64,000 nucleotides of DNA from a virus, in the IMG/VR virus record IMGVR_UViG_3300030329_003334, positions 1 to 64,000 of that record; one strand, given 5' to 3'. The position numbers were made by a program, and so were the translations under genes. The notes under the pieces are model-generated. The model made no database searches, was not told where the DNA came from, and was given only the letters and a program-made list of their open reading frames with translations. Positions 1 through 9,750 of this stretch are shown here, piece by piece; positions within the stretch are counted from its first letter, which is position 1; each line of letters begins with the position of its first letter.

Positions 1-2298
1 ACTCAAGTGGGTATTCCAGTGGTAACTGAAGTTTGTATTCCAAATGGAACTGTTATAGAATTTACTATGTTTGATTCTTTTGGAGATGGTTTATGTGGAT
101 CATGTTATGGAGGTGTAGATGGAACAGTATTAGTACAGACACTTTGTGGAGATACAATATACTCATTGTTACCAGGAAATGCTAATTTTGGTACAGATAC
201 ATCAACAATATATACAGTAGCGCCTTGTACGCCTAATATTATTTATGGTTGTACAACGCCAGGATTTACAGAATATAATCCTCAAGCTACAGTTGATGAT
301 AGTAGCTGTTCTACACCAGTGATAGTTGGCTGTATAGATTCAACATCACCAGATTACGACTCTCTAGCAAATACAATGCATCTAGTACCACAATGTCAAT
401 ATACATTGGTGATTACAGATGAAGCAGAAGATGGCTGGTTTGGAAGCTGGCTAGGTATATTACAAGATACTATAGCATTAGGTCCATTCCAAATGGGGCC
501 AAATGATGGATACTCACAATCATTTACTATTAGTTTAAGCGCTATGAGTCCTGTGGAAGTAATGTTTTTTGCTCCAGGTAACTCATCAACAACAGCAAGT
601 CAATGTGGTTTTTATTTAATAGGGCCAGAAGGAGATACTACAGTATCAGGAGGAACTAACGCATGGACAGATCCAATACTTCAATTCCCTTATAGATATA
701 ATGGAGTTCCTTATTGTGGTGATTATTGTACTGATGGAATATTTGGATGTATGGATTCAACTGCTTTGAATTATGATTCAACAGCCAACATGCCAGATAT
801 ATGTATAGCAAAAGTATTTGGATGTACTAATACGCTAGCTTTTAATTATGATTCTCTTGCTAATGTAGATGATGGATCTTGTGTAGCAATTGTAATAGGT
901 TGTATGGATTCTACAGCGTTTAATTTTAATCCATCGGCAAATACAATGGATTCAGCTTCTTGTGTTCCAGTAATATATGGTTGTATGGATGATACTATGT
1001 ATAACTATAATGCAGCAGCTAATACTTCAGATAGTTCATGTATTCCAGTAATCTTTGGGTGTACTGATGCTTTAGCATTTAATTATGACTCTACTGCGAA
1101 TACAAATAACGGTTCGTGTATTCCGTTTATATATGGATGTACAAATCCAGCAGCTATTAATTATGACCCATTAGCGAATACTGATGATTCAACATGTATA
1201 GGTATAATATATGGATGTACAGATCCTACTATGTATAACTATGATCCGTTGGCAAATACAGATAATGGTAGTTGTATTCCATTTATATATGGCTGTACTG
1301 ATAGTACAATGTATAATTATGACCCAATAGCTAATACTAATAATAATTCATGTATACCATATATATATGGTTGCACTGATCCAAGTGCTTTGAATTACGA
1401 TCCTAATGCTAATACAGATGATTTCTCTTGTATTTTACCGATTTATGGATGTATGGATAGTACAGCCTTTAACTACGATCCTAATGCAAATGTAGATAAT
1501 GGATCTTGTATACCTGTGATATATGGATGTACTAACCCAATAGCTCTTAACTATTGTGACTCTTGTAATACAGATGACTTTAGTTGTATATTACCTATAT
1601 ACGGATGTACAGATAGCACAATGTTTAATTTTAATCCTTTAGCCAATGTTGACAATAATTCTTGTATACCTTTTATTTACGGTTGTACTGATCCATCTAT
1701 GCTCAATTACAACCCAACCGCTAATACTGAAGACTTCAGTTGTATTCCTTACATTTACGGGTGTATGGATAGTACTGCTCTTAACTATGATTCATTGGCT
1801 AATACTGATAATGGTTCATGTGTGGCTGTTGTTGAAGGATGTATGGATGGAACTGCGTACAACTATGATCCTACGGCTAATGTCAATGACTCTAGTTCTT
1901 GCTTATATAGCGCTAATTGTGTCACTGGTGCGGGTAATCCTTATTGGCTCAATGACCCTTGTTATGCCTGGGTAATTGAAGTAGATCCTTATTGCTGTGA
2001 GAATGCTTGGGATAATATATGCCAACTAACTTATAATTATTGTATTGATGGTTGGCCTGAAGATGTAGATTTAAAAACAAGAGAAGAAGCATTAATAATT
2101 TATCCAAATCCAACAAGAGGAATTGTTAATCTATCTCAAGTAGTTGATATAAAAGTATATAGTTCTTTAGGAGAATTAATTATAGAACAAAGTAAAACAA
2201 ATAAAATAGATTTAGAAGAATATAATTCAGGTATATATAATATTATGATATTATATAAAGATAGAAGTATAAATTATAAAATAATTAAGTATGAGTAG
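1..2298 (+). CDS. Cys-rich repeat protein with T9SS (Por secretion) C-terminal sorting domain, 5'-partial
   Basis: Frame open from base 1; 17 GC(T/M)Dxx(A/M)xNYxxxANxDxxSC-type repeats; C-terminus IYPNPTRG...DLEEYNSGIYNI...YKIIK fits the T9SS type A CTD. Confidence 0.85.
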   Translation, partial: TQVGIPVVTEVCIPNGTVIEFTMFDSFGDGLCGSCYGGVDGTVLVQTLCGDTIYSLLPGNANFGTDTSTIYTVAPCTPNIIYGCTTPGFTEYNPQATVDDSSCSTPVIVGCIDSTSPDYDSLANTMHLVPQCQYTLVITDEAEDGWFGSWLGILQDTIALGPFQMGPNDGYSQSFTISLSAMSPVEVMFFAPGNSSTTASQCGFYLIGPEGDTTVSGGTNAWTDPILQFPYRYNGVPYCGDYCTDGIFGCMDSTALNYDSTANMPDICIAKVFGCTNTLAFNYDSLANVDDGSCVAIVIGCMDSTAFNFNPSANTMDSASCVPVIYGCMDDTMYNYNAAANTSDSSCIPVIFGCTDALAFNYDSTANTNNGSCIPFIYGCTNPAAINYDPLANTDDSTCIGIIYGCTDPTMYNYDPLANTDNGSCIPFIYGCTDSTMYNYDPIANTNNNSCIPYIYGCTDPSALNYDPNANTDDFSCILPIYGCMDSTAFNYDPNANVDNGSCIPVIYGCTNPIALNYCDSCNTDDFSCILPIYGCTDSTMFNFNPLANVDNNSCIPFIYGCTDPSMLNYNPTANTEDFSCIPYIYGCMDSTALNYDSLANTDNGSCVAVVEGCMDGTAYNYDPTANVNDSSSCLYSANCVTGAGNPYWLNDPCYAWVIEVDPYCCENAWDNICQLTYNYCIDGWPEDVDLKTREEALIIYPNPTRGIVNLSQVVDIKVYSSLGELIIEQSKTNKIDLEEYNSGIYNIMILYKDRSINYKIIKYE
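745..1902 (+). repeat. 15 tandem ~78-nt (26-aa) coding repeats
   Basis: Consecutive GCxD...NY...AN.D..SC units in the translation. Confidence 0.95.
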
Positions 2299-2318
2299 GA
2301 TATCTAGAAGAAATTTTG

Positions 2319-2326
2319 TATCTTTA
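2319..2326 (+). promoter_or_regulatory. Possible Bacteroidota sigma70 -7 box (TATCTTTA)
   Basis: One mismatch to TAnnTTTG, intergenic, upstream of ATG 2350; -33 box poor. Confidence 0.45.
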
Positions 2327-2349
2327 CAATACTCTAAATAATAGAAATT

Positions 2350-2694
2350 ATGGATTTTAAAACAAGCTCGGCTGGAAAGAATGGCCTTAAAAGAATTGAA
2401 AGAGCAATAGAAACTATGAATGCTCGACAAATGGGATGTTGTGGTTCGGAGTATATTGATGACACTGATGATCATACTGCACCTAGTGGCGGACATTATG
2501 TAGCTATTTTTGCTTGTACAGCAGCTGCATTAGATGCAAGTTCTATGCCTGGTAGTAATATATCAGATTTAGGAGATGCAGTTATACCAGCAGGAAGTAC
2601 TATATATGGGTATTTTCCTGTAATTAGTTTAGGATCTGGAACAGTTATTGCATATAAGAATTGTGGTTTTACAGCAACTGATTCAGGTGATTAA
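2350..2694 (+). CDS. Small virion-associated beta-rich protein
   Basis: 114 aa in the structural block; N-terminal helix ending in CC, then Gly/Ala/Thr-rich beta region. Confidence 0.55.
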   Translation: MDFKTSSAGKNGLKRIERAIETMNARQMGCCGSEYIDDTDDHTAPSGGHYVAIFACTAAALDASSMPGSNISDLGDAVIPAGSTIYGYFPVISLGSGTVIAYKNCGFTATDSGD

Positions 2695-2732
2695 GAATTA
2701 AAATAAATATTAATTAAATAAATAAATAAATT

Positions 2733-3332
2733 ATGTCAAAGTATAAAAACCCTTATGGAGGAAATGGTGGCAAAAAAACCACTAACCTCTTTTATAGATC
2801 AGGGATAAGTTCCCTAATAAGCAGAATTGAAAAAATAGAACATGAAGTATTCTGTTGTAAAGACGCAGAGGATATTTTTAGTATAGATGGTACTGCAACA
2901 TTAGTTCGTGAAACACATAACTATGGTACTATTTTATGGGCTGCAGAAGCAGATGCTGAAACACTTACTTTATATGCTCCTCAAAAAGGAGATAAATTAG
3001 ATATTATATTATCAGCAGATACTCATGGTAGTGGTGTTTCTATTACAACTGCAGTATTAAATAGTGCTAGTCATTATTTCTATGGTACTGTTTTTGTTAC
3101 TCAAAGTGATGCTGATGATACTATAGCAATGCAAACAAAATCTGCCGCAGAGAGTTTAAGTGATGTGAATGATCATCTTAATTTAGAAGATGATAATACT
3201 GCTACTGGAGGTCAAAGAGGAAATAAGATAAGTTTGATAGCAACAGCCGATAATGTGTGGCATGTAAGCGCTATATTAAGTACTACTGGTACACCATCAA
3301 GTATAGCAACAATGGCAGCAGCTGCAGTATAA
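2733..3332 (+). CDS. Putative fibre/decoration protein
   Basis: 199 aa; helix + CC, then TLTLxAPxxG...WHV domain typical of phage fibre tips. Confidence 0.55.
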   Translation: MSKYKNPYGGNGGKKTTNLFYRSGISSLISRIEKIEHEVFCCKDAEDIFSIDGTATLVRETHNYGTILWAAEADAETLTLYAPQKGDKLDIILSADTHGSGVSITTAVLNSASHYFYGTVFVTQSDADDTIAMQTKSAAESLSDVNDHLNLEDDNTATGGQRGNKISLIATADNVWHVSAILSTTGTPSSIATMAAAAV

Positions 3333-3334
3333 TA

Positions 3335-3365
3335 GTTGCAATTCTGAATTTTTTTATTATCTTTG
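3335..3365 (+). promoter_or_regulatory. Bacteroidota sigma70 promoter
   Basis: GTTG(3335)-N19-TATCTTTG(3358-3365), intergenic. Confidence 0.75.
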
Positions 3366-3390
3366 CAATAATTAATCAATAATACTGCAA

Positions 3391-4662
3391 ATGGATAATG
3401 TAAAAAAGTTAAGAGAACATCTGCTAACAAAGGGCAGAGACAAAAGTTACAATGAGTTGGCCGAGCTTTATCAGATTAAAGATAAGGCTGGGCACATCTC
3501 AGGAGAAAGAGTAAGAGGAGTATGGAGACGATTAAAAGTTTCTAGAGACCCTCAATCAGATAAGAACCTTCCAAAGGTTGTTAATGAAAACGGTAAACAA
3601 TTTATCGACTACTCTGGATCTGAAATTACAACCTTAGAAGACTTGGTTGATACTATTGGTGTTAACCTTGACTTCTGGGATGTTAAAAGTTTTAGGGCTT
3701 CGACCTGGCAAGATTTTAATGGAGATACAAAGTATGCTGTAAGAGCAAGTTTTGATCAAAGTAAAGAAGCTAGAGATAAAGTACGTGAAGAATTTATAGA
3801 GGAAGCTATTAAGCATTCTCCTAAATATAAACCCGTAAAATACCCTAAAGCTACAAGTAAAGAGAAAGTTGCATATGAAGTTAACTTACCAGATTTACAT
3901 TTAGGTAAGTTAAGTTGGGGAAAGGAAGTAGGACATAAATATGATGTTAATATAGCTAAGTCTATTTTTGTTCAAGCAGTTGATAAGTTATTAGCATATT
4001 CTCAGAACTTTCATATAGATAAGATAATTTTTCCAATAGGAAATGATTTACTTAACTCAGAAGGTTTGACAAGTGCTACAACAAAAGGAACGCCTCAACA
4101 AGATGATGTAAGATGGCAACGATCTTTTACAATGTGTAGAGAGATGCTTGTAGAAGTTATTGATAACTTAAGACTAGTAGCGCCTGTAGAGGTAATAATA
4201 GTTCCAGGTAATCATGATTATGAGCGGATGTTTTACATAGGTGATGCTATATATGCTTGGTATCATAACTGTGATGAGGTGGAAGTTAATAACGATCCTT
4301 CACCAAGAAAGTATACAACTTATGGAGTAAATTTGATTGGTCTCACACATGGTTCTAGCGAGAAGCAAACTGATCTGCCTTTGATTATGGCTTCAGAAAG
4401 ACCAGAGTTATGGGCAAAAGCAACTCATACTGAGTGGCATATAGGTCATCTACATAAAGCCAAATCTATGAACTGGGTAGATATAGATGAGAGGTTTGGT
4501 ACGATAATAAGGATATTACCTTCCTTATCTGGAACAGATGCTTGGCATCATGAGAAAGGGTTTGTTGGTAATACTAGGGCCGCTCAGGCATATGCTTGGG
4601 GAAAAGAAACTGGATACAAAGGTCACTTCCAGGTGAATGTTAATGAATTAAAATTAAATTAA
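3391..4662 (+). CDS. Calcineurin-like metallophosphoesterase with N-terminal HTH-like region
   Basis: DLH, GND, GNHD, HG and GHLH motifs in canonical order. Confidence 0.88.
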   Translation: MDNVKKLREHLLTKGRDKSYNELAELYQIKDKAGHISGERVRGVWRRLKVSRDPQSDKNLPKVVNENGKQFIDYSGSEITTLEDLVDTIGVNLDFWDVKSFRASTWQDFNGDTKYAVRASFDQSKEARDKVREEFIEEAIKHSPKYKPVKYPKATSKEKVAYEVNLPDLHLGKLSWGKEVGHKYDVNIAKSIFVQAVDKLLAYSQNFHIDKIIFPIGNDLLNSEGLTSATTKGTPQQDDVRWQRSFTMCREMLVEVIDNLRLVAPVEVIIVPGNHDYERMFYIGDAIYAWYHNCDEVEVNNDPSPRKYTTYGVNLIGLTHGSSEKQTDLPLIMASERPELWAKATHTEWHIGHLHKAKSMNWVDIDERFGTIIRILPSLSGTDAWHHEKGFVGNTRAAQAYAWGKETGYKGHFQVNVNELKLN

Positions 4663-4663
4663 A

Positions 4664-5065
4664 ATGGCAAAAGGATCAGATGATATAACAATGACTCTAA
4701 AGCTTGAAGGTAAAGATATTGGACCTGTACAACTTAATATGCAAGTAAGTAAAACAATAGCTGTTGGTGGAGGTGAATCAGGTATAATGAGCGCTACTTG
4801 TAGTACTACAGGACTAGATATTATTAACCGAGCGGCTGCTGGGAGAACATTTGTTTTTGTACATAATACAGGAACAACAAACGCTATTAAGATTCAAAGT
4901 GCTCCAACTGATGGAAGTACTTATTCACATATAGCAACAATTAATGCTGGCGAGTTTGGAATACTTCCACTTGCAGCAGGTACAATAGCAAATACAAAAT
5001 GTAGATTATTAACAGCTAGTGGAACAACTACTTGTAACTATGCTACATTTGAAATGAATAATTAA
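4664..5065 (+). CDS. Small beta-sandwich structural protein (paralogue 1)
   Basis: FVFVHNTG...IATINAGEFGILP, shared with 5083 and 9331. Confidence 0.6.
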   Translation: MAKGSDDITMTLKLEGKDIGPVQLNMQVSKTIAVGGGESGIMSATCSTTGLDIINRAAAGRTFVFVHNTGTTNAIKIQSAPTDGSTYSHIATINAGEFGILPLAAGTIANTKCRLLTASGTTTCNYATFEMNN

Positions 5066-5082
5066 TAAATAAATAACAAGAA

Positions 5083-5493
5083 ATGGCAACATTAAAATAT
5101 ACAATCGCAATTACTAGCGATGATGCATTTCCTCAAGCAATATCTTTTTCACGTACTTCTACATTAGATATAGATGGAGATTCTTCAGCTATAGGAGAAA
5201 GAGAGGTGGGAACTACAGCTGAAAGTTTGTTACCTACTACGGATGCAGGTACAATAGCTATTGAGTCTAGAGCTCTTATTTATGTTAAGAATGATGGTAG
5301 TAGTACAGACCCTAATTTAGAGATAGTCGTAATTGATGGAGATACTTCTGGTACTGCAGATATTATAACTATTAAAGGAGGAGAACAGGCAATATTCCCA
5401 TATCAACACGAAGATGGATCGGCTGTTGATATAACAATAAAGGCTAGTACAGGAACAGCATATTATAGTTATGCGTTCTGTGAGTTAACATAA
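5083..5493 (+). CDS. Small beta-sandwich structural protein (paralogue 2)
   Basis: LIYVKNDG...IITIKGGEQAIFP. Confidence 0.6.
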   Translation: MATLKYTIAITSDDAFPQAISFSRTSTLDIDGDSSAIGEREVGTTAESLLPTTDAGTIAIESRALIYVKNDGSSTDPNLEIVVIDGDTSGTADIITIKGGEQAIFPYQHEDGSAVDITIKASTGTAYYSYAFCELT

Positions 5494-5503
5494 AATAATA
5501 ATT

Positions 5504-5755
5504 ATGGCGAAATGTATTCACGGTAACGTGATAGATCAGTGTGGCTTTTGTCGTAAAGAAAGTATGCATAAGATTGTTGAAGGTACTATGTCTACTACAG
5601 AACGACCTAAAGGAGTTTCACGTCCTGATCTCAAAGAGATACTTCAAGATGTAGATCATCAAGCAGAACAAGAAAAGCGAGATGAGATAATGAAGGAATA
5701 TATATTAAATAGTTTTACTACTAAATTAGAAGATAAAGAAGATCAAGGTGAGTGA
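5504..5755 (+). CDS. Hypothetical protein with CxH-x6-CxxC zinc-knuckle motif
   Basis: CIHGNVIDQCGFC; overlaps the next start. Confidence 0.6.
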   Translation: MAKCIHGNVIDQCGFCRKESMHKIVEGTMSTTERPKGVSRPDLKEILQDVDHQAEQEKRDEIMKEYILNSFTTKLEDKEDQGE

Positions 5756-7238
5756 ATTTGTTAAAATAAAACCTGTAGGAGATATGATAACAGGTAGTCA
5801 GTTTAGAATAATATCAATTGGGATAAATGCTGCGACTATAACATGTCTTGCTGGAGATAGTTTGTTTACTTCTGAATTAAAAGAAGGAGATAAAGTTACT
5901 TTTTATAATAAATATAATAAGAGAAATTTACTTACTGCTATATATACAGTAGATTCTGTAACAAGTAATACAGTATTTGTAGCTAAAGAAATAGCTACTC
6001 TTATAAATAATAGATCTAAATCAGACGAAAATGGAAAGATTATATATAAGTATGCAACTAAAGAAGTTAATACATATTATAATTCCTATTCAGAAAAAAG
6101 AATTTTAAAAAAATCTGTTGTAGGATTTAAAGAAGATAATCATATATCTGATATTTCTTTAATAGATGTAGATTCTTCTTTAGTTGATACGGATAGTTAT
6201 GATTTAGTATCAAGTCCTACACCTATTAAATATACAGGTACTAGTGCTAATCAAAAAGAATTTGATGTTTTAGGTCATTATACAGGAAATTCTACTGCTG
6301 ATTATAAAGTAGAAATAGATGGAACAGGTGCTGCGCAAGTAGTAACTGTAACATGTGGTGCTGATTCTAGCGGCAGTTTAAATGCTACTGGATTTTGGAT
6401 TTATACTATAGCGGGTCCTGTATTAGTTATGATTCATGTTAATGGGGCAGATAGAAAATCTCAGTTTTCTACATCTAGTGGTGAATTTTTAGGCGGTTTT
6501 TCTAGTTATGGTATAAGAAGAAGTTATTCTGTATTTATAGACGAGAATGCAAATTCAAGTACTGTTGCTACAGCTGTATATAATGCATTAAATGATAGCG
6601 ATGATCATACTCCAGAATTTACTGTTAGTAATTTAAGTAGTAATACTTTTAGGATTACTTTGAAAAGTAAGGGAGTTATTGATATTCCTAAAGTTTTTCC
6701 TAGTATGACTTCTACTTCAACAGGTATCAGTTTTACTAGTGCAGACGGAGAAAGTAGTTTTACAGATGCTAACTTTGAAAGCGATGGGTTAGATTCTACA
6801 GTTTGGAATGAATATGATAGGATACTAGTATTAAATTCTGAAAAAAATGATGGAGCATATCAGTTTCATAGTAGAACTGATGGAAAAGTAATAATTAAAG
6901 GAGATAAATTTGTAAACGAAGACGCAGATAATAATTACCCAGTAATCGTAAAAAGTTATTATGTAGAATCTTGTGGTTTTACTTTTGCTACAAATACAGC
7001 AGGAACTAATTGTACTTTTAAATGGTCTGATACAAATGGAGAAACATGGAATGAATCAACTGTAGCTATAAAAGGAATACATCATTTAAATAATAATGTA
7101 CGTATAGAATTTCCTAAATTAGTTGATTATACATCAGGGGATTCTTGGACTTTTACAACACCTAAACCAAGTATGGTTAGAACTAGAACTAGTATAGAAG
7201 AATTAGATAAGATTTATAAATGCGCTGAAGTATGTTAA
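5748..7238 (+). CDS. Putative tail/fibre-associated structural protein
   Basis: 496 aa, Ser/Thr/Gly-rich beta domains; immediately upstream of ring gene. Confidence 0.55.
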   Translation: MSEFVKIKPVGDMITGSQFRIISIGINAATITCLAGDSLFTSELKEGDKVTFYNKYNKRNLLTAIYTVDSVTSNTVFVAKEIATLINNRSKSDENGKIIYKYATKEVNTYYNSYSEKRILKKSVVGFKEDNHISDISLIDVDSSLVDTDSYDLVSSPTPIKYTGTSANQKEFDVLGHYTGNSTADYKVEIDGTGAAQVVTVTCGADSSGSLNATGFWIYTIAGPVLVMIHVNGADRKSQFSTSSGEFLGGFSSYGIRRSYSVFIDENANSSTVATAVYNALNDSDDHTPEFTVSNLSSNTFRITLKSKGVIDIPKVFPSMTSTSTGISFTSADGESSFTDANFESDGLDSTVWNEYDRILVLNSEKNDGAYQFHSRTDGKVIIKGDKFVNEDADNNYPVIVKSYYVESCGFTFATNTAGTNCTFKWSDTNGETWNESTVAIKGIHHLNNNVRIEFPKLVDYTSGDSWTFTTPKPSMVRTRTSIEELDKIYKCAEVC

Positions 7239-7945
7239 TAAGAGATGTAATATCAAGAGTAAAATCATTATATAATAGAGGAGCTGCTAGTGACGATAGT
7301 AGATTATCTAATAGACATATTTATTCTAAAATACGATCTGTTAGATCTTTATTAATTAAAAGACAGCAAGATAAAAGAACTAAGCTTTCTCCTTGGAATA
7401 TACAAGTTCTTGAATGTTTACAAGTAGAACCTGTTGATCCTGCAACATGCGATTGTGTAGAAATAAAAGGTTGTAAATTACTTAGATCTAAATGTAAGTT
7501 ACCAAGAGCTATACAAACTAAAGTAGGAACTGGAATAGAGAATGTATCTTCTTTAGATGGTACTACTATATTTTCACCTACAACATGGGCTAAGAAGAAA
7601 TATAAATCAGGTAATAAATATACAAGTAAACAATCTGATTATTTTATAAGAGATGATTATTTGTATATAACTCATAATACTGTATTACAACGAGTATCTA
7701 TTAGTGGTGTCTTTGAAAATCCTTATGAAGTAGAAAGATTTAATAAAGACGGAAATTGTGCGTGTGAAGGAGATCCTGCGGATGCATGTGCAAATCCTAT
7801 GGATACTACATTAGCTTTAGAAGAGTATTTAATAGAACCATTAATGGAATTATGTGTAAAAGAACTTGTACAAATATTTGCACAAATGCCTGAAGATAAT
7901 GAAAATAATGCTAAAGCAACTGAAGTAGCTAATGACAAAGAGTAA
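7232..7945 (+). CDS. crAss-like tail ring (neck) protein
   Basis: SDDSRLSNR, QxLECL, LLRSKCKLP, YLY, GVFENP motifs; position before IHF-like gene. Confidence 0.75.
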   Translation: MLIRDVISRVKSLYNRGAASDDSRLSNRHIYSKIRSVRSLLIKRQQDKRTKLSPWNIQVLECLQVEPVDPATCDCVEIKGCKLLRSKCKLPRAIQTKVGTGIENVSSLDGTTIFSPTTWAKKKYKSGNKYTSKQSDYFIRDDYLYITHNTVLQRVSISGVFENPYEVERFNKDGNCACEGDPADACANPMDTTLALEEYLIEPLMELCVKELVQIFAQMPEDNENNAKATEVANDKE

Positions 7946-8345
7946 GACTTTAAAAGATAGTTTTAAAGACTATAAGAAAGAAGGGGGAGAACTAGATTAT
8001 ATACAATATAGAGATATATGTGAGAAGTATAATCAATATATTGTAAATTGTATAATAGAAGATACATTAGAATTTAAACTTCCAGAAAGATTAGGAAGTA
8101 TAAGAATAAGAAAAATAAAAGGTAAAGTCGGAGGTAAAAGAATAGATTGGGCTTTAACTAAGAAATATAATAAAAAGATATATCATCTTAATATGCATAC
8201 AGATGGATATTATTATAAATGGATGTGGCATAAGCAAGATGCTTGTTTTAAAAATAAATCTGTTTATTCTTTTGTAGCCCCAAGAAAAGCTAAAAGAAAA
8301 ATGGCAGGTTTATTAAAAGAAAATAAAATAGAGTTTTTTAATTAA
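7932..8345 (+). CDS. crAss-like IHF/HU-like DNA-binding protein
   Basis: FKLPERLGSIRIRK...IDWALTKK...IYHLNMHTDGY; basic; conserved position. Confidence 0.8.
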   Translation: MTKSKTLKDSFKDYKKEGGELDYIQYRDICEKYNQYIVNCIIEDTLEFKLPERLGSIRIRKIKGKVGGKRIDWALTKKYNKKIYHLNMHTDGYYYKWMWHKQDACFKNKSVYSFVAPRKAKRKMAGLLKENKIEFFN

Positions 8346-8350
8346 TTAAA

Positions 8351-9301
8351 ATGGCTGAAGTAAAATTAGTAAGTATAGAAAGAATTATAGCTGGTCTTTA
8401 TAGAGATGCTGGTATAGATTCTACTCAAGAATTAAGTGAGAATGATTTAATTGAGTGGTCTGGAGAAGCTTTAGAATTTATAGGAGCTTATCCTCAATAT
8501 CAAGAAGCTGTAGATTACTTAGATGTTTCTGATTATCGAGCAGAGATTCCTTGTGGTTTTCATAAATTAGTACAAATTGCTTATAAAACTACTGGAGGTG
8601 ATGCATGTGGCTGTGCTATTAGAATTAAAAGTTCTGATGGTTCTACTACATCTTGTAATAGTTCTACTTGTGGATGTGATTCCTCTTTAGAGGCTACTGT
8701 AGATCCGTGTGCTGCAGTTACTCAAGCAGAAGATGCTTTAGTTACTCAAGCTAAACAATTAGTAGATTATCATCTTACATATAGATTTAGTAATACTAGT
8801 GCTTATTATCAGCATTATAAACCTATGCGATTGGCTTCTTCGTCTTTTTCTAGAGGTAAATTAGCACATTGTGAAAATTGTATTAATGTATCAGTTAATT
8901 GTGATGAGGAATATAGTATAGATCATCCTTATATTAGAACTAGTTTTAAGAAAGGTAAATTATGTGTGGCATATATAAAACAACCTTTAGATGAGCGAGG
9001 ATGGCCTATGATACCTGATACTGTTAGTTATATAGAAGCAGTTAAAAGATATATCATATATAAATTAAAATATTCTGATTTTATTAAAGGACAAATACCT
9101 CCTCAAATCTTTATGAAAATAGAAGATGATTGGCAATGGTATTGTCGGCAAGCTAGAAATAAAATGAATATGCCTAATACTATTGATAAAATGCAGAATC
9201 TTTTAGAAATGCGTAAAAGGATATTTAATAAAGAAAGACGTTATTACGGCTTTTTTGGTAATTTAAGTCGAGGAGAAAGACTTACGTTACAAGGTAAATA
9301 A
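8351..9301 (+). CDS. crAss-like tail tubular/ring protein
   Basis: LIEWSGEALEFIG, TSFKKG, DERGWPMIPD, WQWYCRQA; upstream of muzzle. Confidence 0.78.
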   Translation: MAEVKLVSIERIIAGLYRDAGIDSTQELSENDLIEWSGEALEFIGAYPQYQEAVDYLDVSDYRAEIPCGFHKLVQIAYKTTGGDACGCAIRIKSSDGSTTSCNSSTCGCDSSLEATVDPCAAVTQAEDALVTQAKQLVDYHLTYRFSNTSAYYQHYKPMRLASSSFSRGKLAHCENCINVSVNCDEEYSIDHPYIRTSFKKGKLCVAYIKQPLDERGWPMIPDTVSYIEAVKRYIIYKLKYSDFIKGQIPPQIFMKIEDDWQWYCRQARNKMNMPNTIDKMQNLLEMRKRIFNKERRYYGFFGNLSRGERLTLQGK

Positions 9302-9330
9302 ATAATAAATAATAAATAAAATTAAATTAA

Positions 9331-9729
9331 ATGGCAACAACAGCAAAATTAACATTAGTAAGTTCTGATTTATTGTCTGATGCGCTAGACTTAGAAGTTA
9401 CTCAGACTTTATACAAAGCTGGAGCTAGTACAGATATAGCATTAGCAACTGGATTGGCTAGATATAGTGCAGGTACTACTTCAGAAACTAAGATTTTAGA
9501 AGCAGATGATTATACAGATAATAAAGCAGCTAAACTTTATATAAAAAATACATCAACTACTAGATCAGATTATATCTATCTTACTTTAGGTACAGCTGGT
9601 TCGTCTAGTACTATAGGTAGATTGTATGGAGGTGAGTGGGCTTTAATTCCTTGGTCAGGAGCTTCTGATATAAATCTTAATCAAAGTGGCGCATCAATTG
9701 TAATAGAATGGATGTTATTCTACGAATAG
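9331..9729 (+). CDS. Small beta-sandwich structural protein (paralogue 3)
   Basis: KLYIKNTS...IGRLYGGEWALIP. Confidence 0.6.
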   Translation: MATTAKLTLVSSDLLSDALDLEVTQTLYKAGASTDIALATGLARYSAGTTSETKILEADDYTDNKAAKLYIKNTSTTRSDYIYLTLGTAGSSSTIGRLYGGEWALIPWSGASDINLNQSGASIVIEWMLFYE

Positions 9730-9750
9730 GATAATTATATATATTGGTCT

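Noticed and set aside
745-1902. CRISPR array or DGR template/variable repeat
   Set aside because: Repeats are in-frame, degenerate at codon third positions, lack spacers, and no RT or cas gene is present
1646-1975. Alternative-frame 109-aa ORF
   Set aside because: Frame artefact of the repeat region
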